A stretch of 63,967 nt of DNA, filler included, from Circinaria calcarea (GCA_051942165.1; 3 parts of 3 records of this genome joined end to end with filler, not necessarily neighbours in it), one strand, 5' to 3'; shown: positions 35,670 through 45,213, counted from the whole stretch's first letter. The notes: a model not told the origin generated them from the letters alone. Translations and numbers: made by a program.

Positions 35670-37292
35670 ATGGATCAAGCTGCGGCTACTGTAATACATC
35701 AGCGCTGCCTCAAGTTCCTGTCTGATATATCTCTATGGAATAGCGGACACCCGATAGTACCAGCTTTCGCTCGTTACGTACTGTCTGCCCACTGTGCAAT
35801 CCCAATAGAACATATTATATTAGGTGAGAGACCTTATGGTACCAGCATCTTTCCATATGCAGCTTCTGCATTATCCTATGACTCAGATGTTCAGCGAGAC
35901 CCCACTCCTTCAGTACACTTTCTAGCACTAGAGATATCTTCGAGAAGTGCACTCGAATACAATACGATACGGGACTGGTTTCGAGACAGCTGGAAATACT
36001 TGCAATACGGCATTCTAGCGCTGAACATATGTACTCTACGAAAATTTATGGATACTGATTCTGAATATGAGATATCGAAGTTAAACGAATTCATCAGAGA
36101 TATCATAAACGTATCCCTTCGTGTTAGCAGTAAGAAGATACAGATATATGCATTAGGGAATCCTGCATCTCACAGTGCGTCCAGAATACGAAGTAGCGTA
36201 TCTGGATCTAAGAAGCTCGTTCAAATTCATAGATGTAGGAACCCAGCGGCACTGCAGCACCATACAAGCGACCTGCGGTCGCACAAAAACACTATTCTGA
36301 AGAGCCATGCATGTAAAGCGCTGTCAGGTTTGATAACTGAAACCTTTTGTTCGACTAAACTCCTCGAGCCCAGAGACTTCTTCAGAATGTCTTCTGGCAT
36401 GTCGAGTGATCATGCGAAGCTGATTAGTGCCAGCAAGTCTATGAGCGGCACTTTCGGAGAAATAGAGTCGTACTTCAAGCGCACAGGAGGTGGAAAGACC
36501 ATTGAGAAAGACGAGGACCTGTTTCGGAAGGCAAGGGAAGAGATGTCTCAGTTTGTGTTGGCACTGCAGGGAACGAGGATTCAGCTACTCTTCGCTAGTG
36601 TTCAAGAGCCTGGATCCACTGCCAAGAACGCATACTACAATACTAGGCAAGACTACAACAAGGCCAAGTATAACACTGGTAGTTCTAGCAAGGCTGCATC
36701 GAATACAACTCCAGGAAGAAAGACGTCCATTGGGTTTGCCAGCTCTGGAGACCCTGATGAGCAAGAAGGTAGCACCAGTAAAGACTCACCAATTACTGAC
36801 ACCTTTGTTCCTACGCCTCCTGTCTCTGGTGTGGGAAGTGACGCAGGATCGACAGTCTCAACACCACCTATAAAAATGCGAAAATCTGCATCTGTTACAC
36901 AAAGCATTGCTTCCAAACGCTCGACTTCTGTGCCTATAGGCTTCGCCGACGATATAACGGAAGAGACCGAGCTGCCAGAACCGCCGTTGAAGCCTGATAC
37001 TAGATCAGAATCTCTAATGACAGCTGATGAAGTCGCAGATATGTCTTACGTTTCAGACTTCCTTGAAGGAGATGAGGGTGTTGGAGTCGAGGATTTTGTA
37101 AAGGCGTTTATTGGAGAAGCTGTTAGAACCAAACAGGCTTTGGCTCTGCCTGCACAAGAAGTTTTAAAGATCATTCGAGATTCTAGACTTAATCCAAAGC
37201 TAAGAACCATCGAGTCATCTCTTGGGTATGTAGACGGAATTGTCGATATGCCGAGCCCTATCATGCAGTGGATTAGGAAGCATTCGGTGTAG
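35670..37292 (+). CDS. Uracil-DNA glycosylase-like protein, probably inactive, with a long low-complexity C-terminal extension
   Basis: HIILGERPY (cf. VILGQDPY), ALSY (cf. LAFS), YGILALN (cf. QGVLLLN), ALGNPA (cf. LWGxxA) and RNPAA (cf. HPSP/HPAA), in the correct order. Confidence 0.7.
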   Translation: MDQAAATVIHQRCLKFLSDISLWNSGHPIVPAFARYVLSAHCAIPIEHIILGERPYGTSIFPYAASALSYDSDVQRDPTPSVHFLALEISSRSALEYNTIRDWFRDSWKYLQYGILALNICTLRKFMDTDSEYEISKLNEFIRDIINVSLRVSSKKIQIYALGNPASHSASRIRSSVSGSKKLVQIHRCRNPAALQHHTSDLRSHKNTILKSHACKALSGLITETFCSTKLLEPRDFFRMSSGMSSDHAKLISASKSMSGTFGEIESYFKRTGGGKTIEKDEDLFRKAREEMSQFVLALQGTRIQLLFASVQEPGSTAKNAYYNTRQDYNKAKYNTGSSSKAASNTTPGRKTSIGFASSGDPDEQEGSTSKDSPITDTFVPTPPVSGVGSDAGSTVSTPPIKMRKSASVTQSIASKRSTSVPIGFADDITEETELPEPPLKPDTRSESLMTADEVADMSYVSDFLEGDEGVGVEDFVKAFIGEAVRTKQALALPAQEVLKIIRDSRLNPKLRTIESSLGYVDGIVDMPSPIMQWIRKHSV

Positions 37293-38283
37293 GTATTTCG
37301 GTATGAGCTTTGTTGATCGCAGACAAGGGTTTGAGTCCATCTCTTAAAACGAGTTGTGCAAAAAGTTTCTTCTGCGGTACGTTAGCTTTCTTCATCTTCT
37401 CTGCTAAGACTGTACTGGGATGTAACCTAACGCTAGAGTCCGAAATGTTTAGACATTCCTCTGCATCTACATAAGGAAAATTTAAAACTCCAAGTCTTCT
37501 CGCCTTTACCCCTGGAACCAAGCCTATGCACTGCAGCATCCGAAGCCTTACTTCTTCTGTATATGCAATGATGTTAGGGCACTTGGAAATCAGATCGCGC
37601 ATATGACTAGTCTTACAAGTAATGGTTCGGCCTTGAGTTGGAGATGAAACAAGTTCCAGTGCATCTTTTACTTCCTGCGACGTTATCGATGGAAGCTTAA
37701 TTACACCAGGCATGCTGGTGTTTCTACTTTCTGTACCGATGACGGCTCTAACAGCGCGAGACCAGTCTACAAGCTCCATTGGGACAATTTCCATGTTTAA
37801 TCCAGAGCTGATAAGCGATGATTCATGTCTAGATACCATTGATTCAAGGTGTAATAATATGCACCCGATAACACTTTCAGGGGTCTTGATCTTATCACCT
37901 TTATAGTAGTATTCAGATTTCGAAGTCTCTAGATACGAAGACGCGTCTAAGCTAACGGAAGATTCTCGCCTTGTACCTCCAGCTCCAGCAGACCTAATTG
38001 CATCTGAGATCTGGCTCATGAATGCTAGCGATTCTCGATGCCTACGCTCCGAAGCTTCCTCTGTTGAAACTACGGATACAGCTAAGTCTCGGAGTTGTGT
38101 GTTCATGTCGGAGAGCAACTGCCTAATATCCATAAGCAGCGTTTGAGGAGTCTCGGTTCCTATCGCGGAGGAAGCTTCCATAGCGTCAGAGTTCTGCGCA
38201 GTAGCTCTTTCATGATGCTTCCTTCTATCAAATGCTCGTAGTACATTCTCGATCTCATCCGGACGTATGGTGTTGTCTGGCAT
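37273..38283 (-). CDS. Hypothetical protein with N-terminal coiled-coil-like region
   Basis: Long ORF; first ATG at 38283 (MPDNTI), 19 nt from the palindrome. Overlaps the convergent UDG-like gene by 20 bp. Confidence 0.7.
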   Translation of the reverse strand: MPDNTIRPDEIENVLRAFDRRKHHERATAQNSDAMEASSAIGTETPQTLLMDIRQLLSDMNTQLRDLAVSVVSTEEASERRHRESLAFMSQISDAIRSAGAGGTRRESSVSLDASSYLETSKSEYYYKGDKIKTPESVIGCILLHLESMVSRHESSLISSGLNMEIVPMELVDWSRAVRAVIGTESRNTSMPGVIKLPSITSQEVKDALELVSSPTQGRTITCKTSHMRDLISKCPNIIAYTEEVRLRMLQCIGLVPGVKARRLGVLNFPYVDAEECLNISDSSVRLHPSTVLAEKMKKANVPQKKLFAQLVLRDGLKPLSAINKAHTEIPTPNAS

Positions 38284-38301
38284 ATCTAACCCGTAAAATG
38301 C

Positions 38302-38314
38302 GCAACATCGTTGC
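38302..38314. promoter_or_regulatory. GCAAC-N3-GTTGC palindrome
   Basis: GCAACATCGTTGC centred between the divergent ATGs at 38283 and 38336. Confidence 0.7.
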
Positions 38315-38335
38315 ACTGCGATCACAAGGTCAAGA

Positions 38336-39211
38336 ATGCCGGCCTCTCTTTATAGACACACGAAAACTCGCAATATTTTGTCGCAAGATAGGCTCAAATC
38401 AGGTTTATCGGCACATAAAAGGTCACGCGTACAGTCAGATGGCAGTGCGATATCCTATCACCAAACTTATGGTATCGAACTCTCCCAATCTTCAGTAGAG
38501 ATCTTATCTCCCGTTATACGCGGGCTGACTGGGGGTGATTACTCCATTGATCTTAAGACTAGACAGCTATTCACCGTGAGAATATGGATAAACGGTACTA
38601 ACAGCACTTGCAGGTGCTGCTTTATTCAGCCTGAAATAGCGTCAGCTACGTGCACCTATCCTAGGCCCTTGCGCTACATAGTTACAGATACACTAAATCA
38701 ATTGTGTTTAGAACTACCTGATGCATCTCCGTGTACTGTGTCAGAGAGCGCACCTCAGATATCAGGCAGGATGACTCCGTATTTGACAAGCAGGTTAGAG
38801 TTTGGGGTGACTTGGGGCTTCGCCAATATCTGTAAGTCGTATATGCTGTTCGTATACATAGATGACTCTGGCCCTGGAATTTACTCGACAACACGAAAAT
38901 CAATAGAGATTCTGCGTAGTCATTTTCCAGATTACGGTACCTGTGTGTTTGACGTGAAAACCTCATCGCACAAAGTAACCGCAAGTCCTGACGTCACTAA
39001 TCGACCTAACGAACCTAATAAAGGAACGTGTATGCACATATACGATGATGGTAGTTTCAGACTTCAAGGCCGTCCAGACAGGATGGAAAAAGTTTGTCAG
39101 TGCTTTAGGGAAGCTATAACTTCAATGTCGAGCTCAGAGGCATGGGCTAGTTTTCTCTCAAGTCTTCGCAGTATCGAATCGAGCAAAGAAGCCTTGACGT
39201 ACCTACAGTGA
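38336..39211 (+). CDS. Hypothetical protein, possible divergent TATA-binding-protein fold
   Basis: Two similar segments, FTVRIWINGT and TCMHIYDDGSFRLQG, resemble the twice-repeated TBP strand motif (xxxIFxSGKxxxTG). The ORF is confident; the function is tentative. Confidence 0.4.
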   Translation: MPASLYRHTKTRNILSQDRLKSGLSAHKRSRVQSDGSAISYHQTYGIELSQSSVEILSPVIRGLTGGDYSIDLKTRQLFTVRIWINGTNSTCRCCFIQPEIASATCTYPRPLRYIVTDTLNQLCLELPDASPCTVSESAPQISGRMTPYLTSRLEFGVTWGFANICKSYMLFVYIDDSGPGIYSTTRKSIEILRSHFPDYGTCVFDVKTSSHKVTASPDVTNRPNEPNKGTCMHIYDDGSFRLQGRPDRMEKVCQCFREAITSMSSSEAWASFLSSLRSIESSKEALTYLQ

Positions 39212-39427
39212 TGGAGACATTCGAATTATAAAACTTTTTTCAAAGGGCCCACAGCCGTATACGTATACAGTCTCATTGTACTTCCGCTGCCTTGTTACAC
39301 ACGACAGAAGCGAAGGAGGCTTAGGATAAAGACGCGCTAAGCTCTCTATGGATACGACAGTTCCAGCCTCTGGAATAATATATAAAATGGTCTTACTAGC
39401 GTGTGGAGGAGAATGGACAAGGTGGGA

Positions 39428-39435
39428 TTTTAAAA
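39428..39435. terminator. TTTTAAAA palindrome
   Basis: Between the convergent stops at 39211 (+) and 39541 (-). Confidence 0.45.
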
Positions 39436-39540
39436 ACGAAGAAGGGCATAAAGAGAGTCTCAGTGGTCTGGAAGGACATTAGAGTCATGACACGATTGTA
39501 AAAAATATGGCATTTAGTGTCCCCGCCATGGCGTTTGTCT

Positions 39541-40188
39541 TCAACAGCTTTCGGGTTTCGATAAGCACTTGTCCAATGTAAAAGCAGGTGTCTCTACATT
39601 TTTCACGAGTCTTACTGCAGCTAACATTTTCATATCAGCAATCATCGCACTTTTTACTGTATTGGAAGCTCCGAACATTCGTTCTGACGCCACTGTTCCT
39701 ACGATCATTGGTTTAGTATTATCGTGAACAATACCTGAGGTGTTTCGCGGCTCCGACAACGGCATGACGCCACTCAATAACTCCATATGAGCCTCATACC
39801 CGTCCTGAGTTCTTCCGTTCATAACTTCTTTGATCCAAGAAGAAAGAGACGGAGTAGAACTAACACTTGCGGTTTCAAGCATAGACCATACGCTCATCAT
39901 ATCTTTGGTAGATACGCCAACTATATTGTTGTGGTTTACTGTATAACCAGCAGAACAGAGGCACAACAAAGCTATAGTAGAGAGCTTTACACGAGGTCCG
40001 ATTCCAGTAGAGAATTTAAGTCTTTTCTTCAGTAAGTTGGAGAGTTCGGTGATAGAAGGACATCTAGTATATCTGTCTGAAACTACAGTTATGGTGTTGT
40101 GGCGATATCTTACTTTGTCCTCACAACCTTCTTCTAGGACAACTCCAGAACTAAGATTGTCAAGGATCTCTGACGAGTAAAACTCCAT
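39541..40188 (-). CDS. Hypothetical protein
   Basis: ORF 39541-40245. The probable start is MEFYSS at 40188, because the upstream ATG would run through the TTTTAAAA motif. Confidence 0.65.
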   Translation of the reverse strand: MEFYSSEILDNLSSGVVLEEGCEDKVRYRHNTITVVSDRYTRCPSITELSNLLKKRLKFSTGIGPRVKLSTIALLCLCSAGYTVNHNNIVGVSTKDMMSVWSMLETASVSSTPSLSSWIKEVMNGRTQDGYEAHMELLSGVMPLSEPRNTSGIVHDNTKPMIVGTVASERMFGASNTVKSAMIADMKMLAAVRLVKNVETPAFTLDKCLSKPESC

Positions 40189-40232
40189 TGTATTAGTTAG
40201 TGATACGAGCAGCGTCGAGCTGCACCTAAAAG

Positions 40233-40240
40233 TTTTAAAA
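40233..40240. terminator. TTTTAAAA palindrome
   Basis: About 60 nt downstream of the minus-strand stop at 40301. Confidence 0.45.
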
Positions 40241-40300
40241 ACCATTACTGCTTAACAGGAAACAAAGCATACAGAACATTGAGTATTCTCGATCACTTTA

Positions 40301-41065
40301 TCATATGCTGAGAGAGCTGAGCTGAGCCATGAGGTCTTCGGATGCAATATCCTCTTTTGCTGCTCTCTGAACCGGGATTGCAGTAGCAGTAGCAGGAGCA
40401 TCAACGTCTTGATTAATAGCTTTAATAGCTGCCCTGCTACAGTCAACCTTGAGATGGAAGACGTCTTGTGGATTGCGTGCCTTAGTCTCGCCCTTTGAGA
40501 GAGATAGAGAGAAAGCTGTGTCCATGTTCACCATTACTCCACGTTCACTGGTTTTCAAGATTTGAGCCAGATCCTTGGGATCGAAGGACCCATCTTTGTC
40601 GATAACACCAACACGGCCTTTAATGCCATTGACGCTCATCCACCACTGTTCGCTATTGCTAGCCACGCGAGCATCATCGAGAGTAACATTGATGTCCTGT
40701 TTCGCAGCAGCGTCTCTGATAGCCTCACCGATACTGCGATTCAAAGTAGCGTAACAGAAATCGACACCGTAGTTAGCGTTATCTACATACGGGATTAATG
40801 CTCTAGCAGACTTAATGACTCTTGACTCCCTGTCCTTGATTGAGAAGGAGACTAATGCCTTCCAGTAGCGGTTGTTGGGGTTATTCTTACGAGTAAACTC
40901 ACTAGTAGTCTCGTTCGGGGTCGTAATCTTAATCCTTACGTGCTGCAGTAGCTCAGGGGTCCAATTGGTAATGGATTCGAAAGGGTTAGGCGTATTCAAC
41001 GCTTTGGGAAGGCTGGTGCTCGCCATATTTTTCGTGAGACCTGGAAGAGCTACACCTTCAGTCAT
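40301..41065 (-). CDS. Hypothetical protein (candidate ssDNA-binding protein)
   Basis: 254-aa ORF immediately downstream of the helicase, apparently beta-rich. The SSB role is only a contextual guess. Confidence 0.6.
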   Translation of the reverse strand: MTEGVALPGLTKNMASTSLPKALNTPNPFESITNWTPELLQHVRIKITTPNETTSEFTRKNNPNNRYWKALVSFSIKDRESRVIKSARALIPYVDNANYGVDFCYATLNRSIGEAIRDAAAKQDINVTLDDARVASNSEQWWMSVNGIKGRVGVIDKDGSFDPKDLAQILKTSERGVMVNMDTAFSLSLSKGETKARNPQDVFHLKVDCSRAAIKAINQDVDAPATATAIPVQRAAKEDIASEDLMAQLSSLSI

Positions 41066-41114
41066 AACAGTGATACAGGCAACTGCGTTAGCGTTGCGTC
41101 CTGACTGAACTTCC

Positions 41115-41122
41115 TTTTAAAA
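41115..41122. terminator. TTTTAAAA palindrome
   Basis: 11 nt downstream of the helicase stop (41133, minus strand). Confidence 0.5.
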
Positions 41123-41132
41123 ATTCAAGAGT

Positions 41133-42545
41133 CTAGTTGTGCACGGTTAGACCTCGAATAAGAAGCTGATCTTCAACAGTAAGCAACGCAGACTGTGATA
41201 TAAGTCCTGCTTTAAATCTTACTTCTTTCAAGGTAATGTCTAATATCTGTGAAAGTACTCGAAGTACTGCGGTGCCAGAGATGATGTCGACAGGCTCGTC
41301 TGTTTCACGTACATATATTAGCACCTCGTCAATCTTAGACATACACAAACTAAGCAGGAAATCCATCGGAGTGATAGGTATCGACTCGTAAATCATGCGC
41401 GTATATATGCACGCACCTACAAAGTCGATTTTTGATACTGCATCATCTGGTATTGCGGATCGGGTCTTTGGTATTTCAAGAGCAGCGACATTCATGAGTA
41501 TCGCAACGTTACGTCGCAGTATAGCATCGCTAAGATACTCGCGCTGTTTATCAATGTCCACGACACCATTAGTCGCAAGAGTAAGAGAGCAGTTGGTCTT
41601 GCACGACGTGAAGTTGACCCTCAGGTAGTCGCTGCCGCTTATGTTCTTGAATATAGACATATTCAGGGGGGCAGCCTCAAGTCCGACATCGTAGCATATC
41701 GCCATCCTATTTCCTACTACTACCTCTGCTACGTGCTCAGGCATCGCTATTGCTCTTGACGTAAGAGATCCATCGAACAGTATACCGCAGCAACCAAGGA
41801 GAGCGGAATATATTACCTGCAGCAGATTGCTCTTCCCGGAACCACCTGGGCCGCACAGCATCAGAGATTTAGGGCGTGTAATAGGATCTACTAGCGCGTT
41901 TCCTATGTGCCACATTACAGTAACTAGCTTGCGCATATCCGGGAACACTGATGTTAGAAACGCTATTATTGTACCAGTACCGGGAAACTTGTATACTTGA
42001 GGTATGGCATCTGTGTCTATCGGCATAATACAGACTGCTTTGACTAATGGATTGGCTTCCTTCGATACTGTGCCAAGAAGAAATCTACATGGATTGAAAG
42101 TAATCGTCTTCTGTTCCGTATCTATATCCACTTCGAGCCTCTCGACTCCAATGCAAACACTAGTAGGAAGAGGCTTGCCGACGTTTGTATTGCAGCGCTT
42201 GACTATGTACTTAAGAAATGACTTTAGAGACTTCTCGATGTTTACAGTAGCGTTGAATATTCCTATTATCGCATTGATTCTTGACATCGCCTCAGCAGAA
42301 GCTAGGTTTGTCCAGCAGTTTGCCGAGTCTATGAACACATACTCGCCTCCATCAATTCTGCAAAGAAGTCCAAGTCTTGCAAGCCACTTGTCTATATCAT
42401 CAAATCTATCTCTTCCTTTCATCTCTACCATTGGCTTCATCCATGTGCGATCTTGTCTCCATACTAGTGAAGTGTTCTGGTGCTGCTCTGAATATTCCAT
42501 ACTTGAGTTCGCGTAAGACATACAACTGTGTTGTACACGCAGCAT
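41133..42545 (-). CDS. Superfamily 3 (D5-like) helicase/ATPase
   Basis: Walker A LMLCGPGGSGKS, Walker B MAICYD, KNISGSD (cf. KxLTGGD) and motif C LTLATN. The true start may be 42500. Confidence 0.85.
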   Translation of the reverse strand: MLRVQHSCMSYANSSMEYSEQHQNTSLVWRQDRTWMKPMVEMKGRDRFDDIDKWLARLGLLCRIDGGEYVFIDSANCWTNLASAEAMSRINAIIGIFNATVNIEKSLKSFLKYIVKRCNTNVGKPLPTSVCIGVERLEVDIDTEQKTITFNPCRFLLGTVSKEANPLVKAVCIMPIDTDAIPQVYKFPGTGTIIAFLTSVFPDMRKLVTVMWHIGNALVDPITRPKSLMLCGPGGSGKSNLLQVIYSALLGCCGILFDGSLTSRAIAMPEHVAEVVVGNRMAICYDVGLEAAPLNMSIFKNISGSDYLRVNFTSCKTNCSLTLATNGVVDIDKQREYLSDAILRRNVAILMNVAALEIPKTRSAIPDDAVSKIDFVGACIYTRMIYESIPITPMDFLLSLCMSKIDEVLIYVRETDEPVDIISGTAVLRVLSQILDITLKEVRFKAGLISQSALLTVEDQLLIRGLTVHN

Positions 42546-42703
42546 TCTTCTTTTCTTTTATCTGGTTAAAACTTTTTCAAGTTTGGACGTTCTTAACTCA
42601 ATCCAGACACCAAGCGACAAAAGAAAATATCGCGACAACGAAGAAGATACCGTTCTTATCTCCGATGTTACCCCAACTCCACGATAGATACGTTTTAAAG
42701 TTA

Positions 42704-43216
42704 TTAACCAAAGGGGACTCTGCACTTCTTATGAAGAAAATTGATCTCTTTGTGTATTGTCCCATCTTCCGCAGCACTTCTAGCAAGAGCATCTGCCTCT
42801 CCGTTACCGAAATTCGTAGCATGGCCCTTGACATATACAAACACTGTTTCTCCTCCTTTCTCGAATCTCGAGTCAATGAGCATATGTATATATTTGATAA
42901 TGTCCTGCCACTCAACGAGCTTCCCGGTGTAGGTCTTCCATCCGTTCTGCTCCCATCTCTGTCTATACTCGGTAGAACACGCGATTGCGTATTTGGAGTC
43001 GCTATATATTGTCATGTTACACAGTCCTGAATTGGTGCATAGCGCGCAAAGCACTGCGCACAACTCAGCTCTATTGTTCGTGTACTTGCCAGGGGGAAGC
43101 CTACTTCCTATGTTTCGAGGATCTTCAGCAGCATAGAACACACCAATACCGCAGGAGTAGCTCTTGTTGTCGTTAGACAAGCAGCTGCCGTCGGTCCACA
43201 CTTCAACAAGTTCCAT
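42704..43216 (-). CDS. Ribonuclease H1
   Basis: VWTDGSC, TNNRAEL, IYSDSKY, WEQNGWKT and VKGH…GNGEADALA; all four acidic catalytic residues and the His are present. Confidence 0.95.
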   Translation of the reverse strand: MELVEVWTDGSCLSNDNKSYSCGIGVFYAAEDPRNIGSRLPPGKYTNNRAELCAVLCALCTNSGLCNMTIYSDSKYAIACSTEYRQRWEQNGWKTYTGKLVEWQDIIKYIHMLIDSRFEKGGETVFVYVKGHATNFGNGEADALARSAAEDGTIHKEINFLHKKCRVPFG

Positions 43217-43232
43217 CTTAGTCGTAATCGTT

Positions 43233-43245
43233 GCAACATGGTTGC
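43233..43245. promoter_or_regulatory. GCAAC-N3-GTTGC palindrome
   Basis: TTGCAACATGGTTGCAA, 17 nt upstream of the RNase H ATG. Confidence 0.65.
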
Positions 43246-43360
43246 AATCTTTAAAGTTATTCGGTTCCCGAAGCGCCTGCGATAAACGTCAGGAACTTAT
43301 ATTTACATCTCTTGTATTCTAGACACAGACACAGGTATAAGTATCATTTAATAGTATTGT

Positions 43361-43373
43361 GCAACTTCGTTGC
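43361..43373. promoter_or_regulatory. GCAAC-N3-GTTGC palindrome
   Basis: TGCAACTTCGTTGCA upstream of the ATG at 43415. Confidence 0.65.
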
Positions 43374-43414
43374 ATTTCATCACACACGCTAGCACTCTGG
43401 CAGATACCGCACTT

Positions 43415-44128
43415 ATGTCTAGTACTGAGAAATCTGAGTACGCAGACACAGACAGGAACGCAAATGATCAGGCTTTGTGGTTTGTTTCGTTGCCACCACC
43501 TGTACCTAACTACAACCTCACAAGACGTTATGGTGACAACTGGGAAAACTGCTACTGTGGACTGGGAGGGAACACAGTACAAGAAGACGGGAAGCTTTAC
43601 CGGAACTCTCATGTAGTGTACGATACTGATTTCCACAAAAGCGTGCCGTTCAGAGAGTACGAACAACTCCTAGAAGAAAATGCCAAGACGTGGAGCAGAT
43701 GCAAATGCTGCACTCCAAAACCAAGCACGGCGAGATGGAACCTGAGGGAATTCTTACTTGACCGTAATACTTCTCACCTCCTTTCTTTTGCTGAACGCAT
43801 TAAGCTTTGTGTTAGAATCTTAGATTGCTCTAAGGAAGGCAGATTAGTAATATCAGACCAGTCCGTAATTCCATTCGTGCAAGATAATCATGACGAGGTG
43901 CTGCATAGTGACGTTACTATTCATGCAACAGAACATGGTAGTCTAGATGTCTCTCACGCTGATACATTAAGACACAACGTCGATGTATGCTGCGCGATCA
44001 TAGAGACATCGCAGGAAAGGTCTTCTGTAAAGTATCACGTCACTCTAGCATTAACTAGATACGAATCTCCGTACACAACTGTAAGACTCCTAGAGTCTAC
44101 AACACCGGCGACAGCAACGCTACTGTAA
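43415..44128 (+). CDS. Hypothetical protein with Cys clusters (CYC, CKCC)
   Basis: ORF 43370-44128 with first ATG at 43415. Confidence 0.65.
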   Translation: MSSTEKSEYADTDRNANDQALWFVSLPPPVPNYNLTRRYGDNWENCYCGLGGNTVQEDGKLYRNSHVVYDTDFHKSVPFREYEQLLEENAKTWSRCKCCTPKPSTARWNLREFLLDRNTSHLLSFAERIKLCVRILDCSKEGRLVISDQSVIPFVQDNHDEVLHSDVTIHATEHGSLDVSHADTLRHNVDVCCAIIETSQERSSVKYHVTLALTRYESPYTTVRLLESTTPATATLL

Positions 44129-44148
44129 GCTTTGTGCATGCTTTAGTT

Positions 44149-44156
44149 TTTTAAAA
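44149..44156. terminator. TTTTAAAA palindrome
   Basis: TTTTTTAAAAA between the convergent stops at 44128 (+) and 44186 (-). Confidence 0.5.
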
Positions 44157-44185
44157 AGAACTTAACGTACATACTTTCTTAAAAT

Positions 44186-45100
44186 TTACAGAAAAACTCT
44201 CCACTTTATGTAGCTCTCATTACGTACAGCCTCTGCAGAATAAAAACATGTGAGGTCTTCAGCTTCAAAACTCTTTATAAACACCGGATGCACTCTTTCG
44301 ATATAAGATTCTTCTCCTGCAGTATCTCTGACTAGCATTAGTATTTCGTACTTGTAGGCAAAGAGCATTACATCGGCATGTGGAGGCGTTAAAAATGCTT
44401 TGTAGGGCCGTCTTGATAAGTAGCACTTGTTGAATTTTATGTGATCGCCTTCGAACATTGCGTACGGGAAATACTTCCTTCCATTTCTCTCGTAAGTCGG
44501 GTACAGAGTTTCAGGTTCGAAGCCCAAGAAATTTTCGTGCCTGATTGAGATACTCGACGTGCCGTCTACAAGCGTTATGCTTATATCAGCATCGTGCCCG
44601 TAGTATTTAAGTTTGCAGTTGTAGGCGTGTTGTATCTCGCTAAAGTTCCTGAAGATATTGTGGTGGTTGTCCCATCCATCCTTAGCGCCGTCCGACGGCG
44701 AGTTTGCACGAGGCGCACTGCGTATTGCATCAACCAGCGTATCGTTCTCGCTGCACTGTACGCGAAAATTTACGCTGACGCCTGTGCTTTCTATAGACGG
44801 AACCGACGCAGAATATGCCTCTGGATTTTCTATCATGGATAAGTTCATATCTACAAGGTCTCCAAAGAACATTACAGAAGACCCCTTTGGAAGCTCCGAT
44901 ATGACCTCCTGTAGATTTACGAATTTGTCCGCAAGAAGATTGTACATTCTCCTGCGATACTTAGAAGAAAGAACGATGCAGAACGCTAGAGCCATGTTAT
45001 ATATCTCAGGACACGTGAGATATTCTATAACACCTGTAAAAACTGGGTAGACTTTAAGTGCTTCGAAGGCTGTGGTGTTCTGACTTCCTGGCGAAATCAT
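44186..45100 (-). CDS. Hypothetical protein with F-box-like N-terminus
   Basis: First ATG at 45100. YPVFTGVIEYLTCPEIYNMALA resembles an F-box helix pattern. Confidence 0.55.
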   Translation of the reverse strand: MISPGSQNTTAFEALKVYPVFTGVIEYLTCPEIYNMALAFCIVLSSKYRRRMYNLLADKFVNLQEVISELPKGSSVMFFGDLVDMNLSMIENPEAYSASVPSIESTGVSVNFRVQCSENDTLVDAIRSAPRANSPSDGAKDGWDNHHNIFRNFSEIQHAYNCKLKYYGHDADISITLVDGTSSISIRHENFLGFEPETLYPTYERNGRKYFPYAMFEGDHIKFNKCYLSRRPYKAFLTPPHADVMLFAYKYEILMLVRDTAGEESYIERVHPVFIKSFEAEDLTCFYSAEAVRNESYIKWRVFL

Positions 45101-45213
45101 TTTTTGCAAAAACAGACCCGATGTTCTATCAAGAGACCACAAGACTGTCACTACTGTCTTCTTCTTTGGTAGTATCGCTAATCCTGAAAGAAGAGACAGT
45201 GTTGTGATGTATC

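Noticed and set aside
42377..43030. Antisense and alternative-frame ORFs inside the element (for example 42377-43030, 42004-42516, 34197-34667)
   Set aside because: They overlap genes with clear motifs or longer ORFs on the opposite strand and have no supporting motifs of their own.
42704..43216. RNase H as evidence for a retrotransposon
   Set aside because: It is a stand-alone RNase H1 with no reverse transcriptase, integrase or gag ORF nearby.
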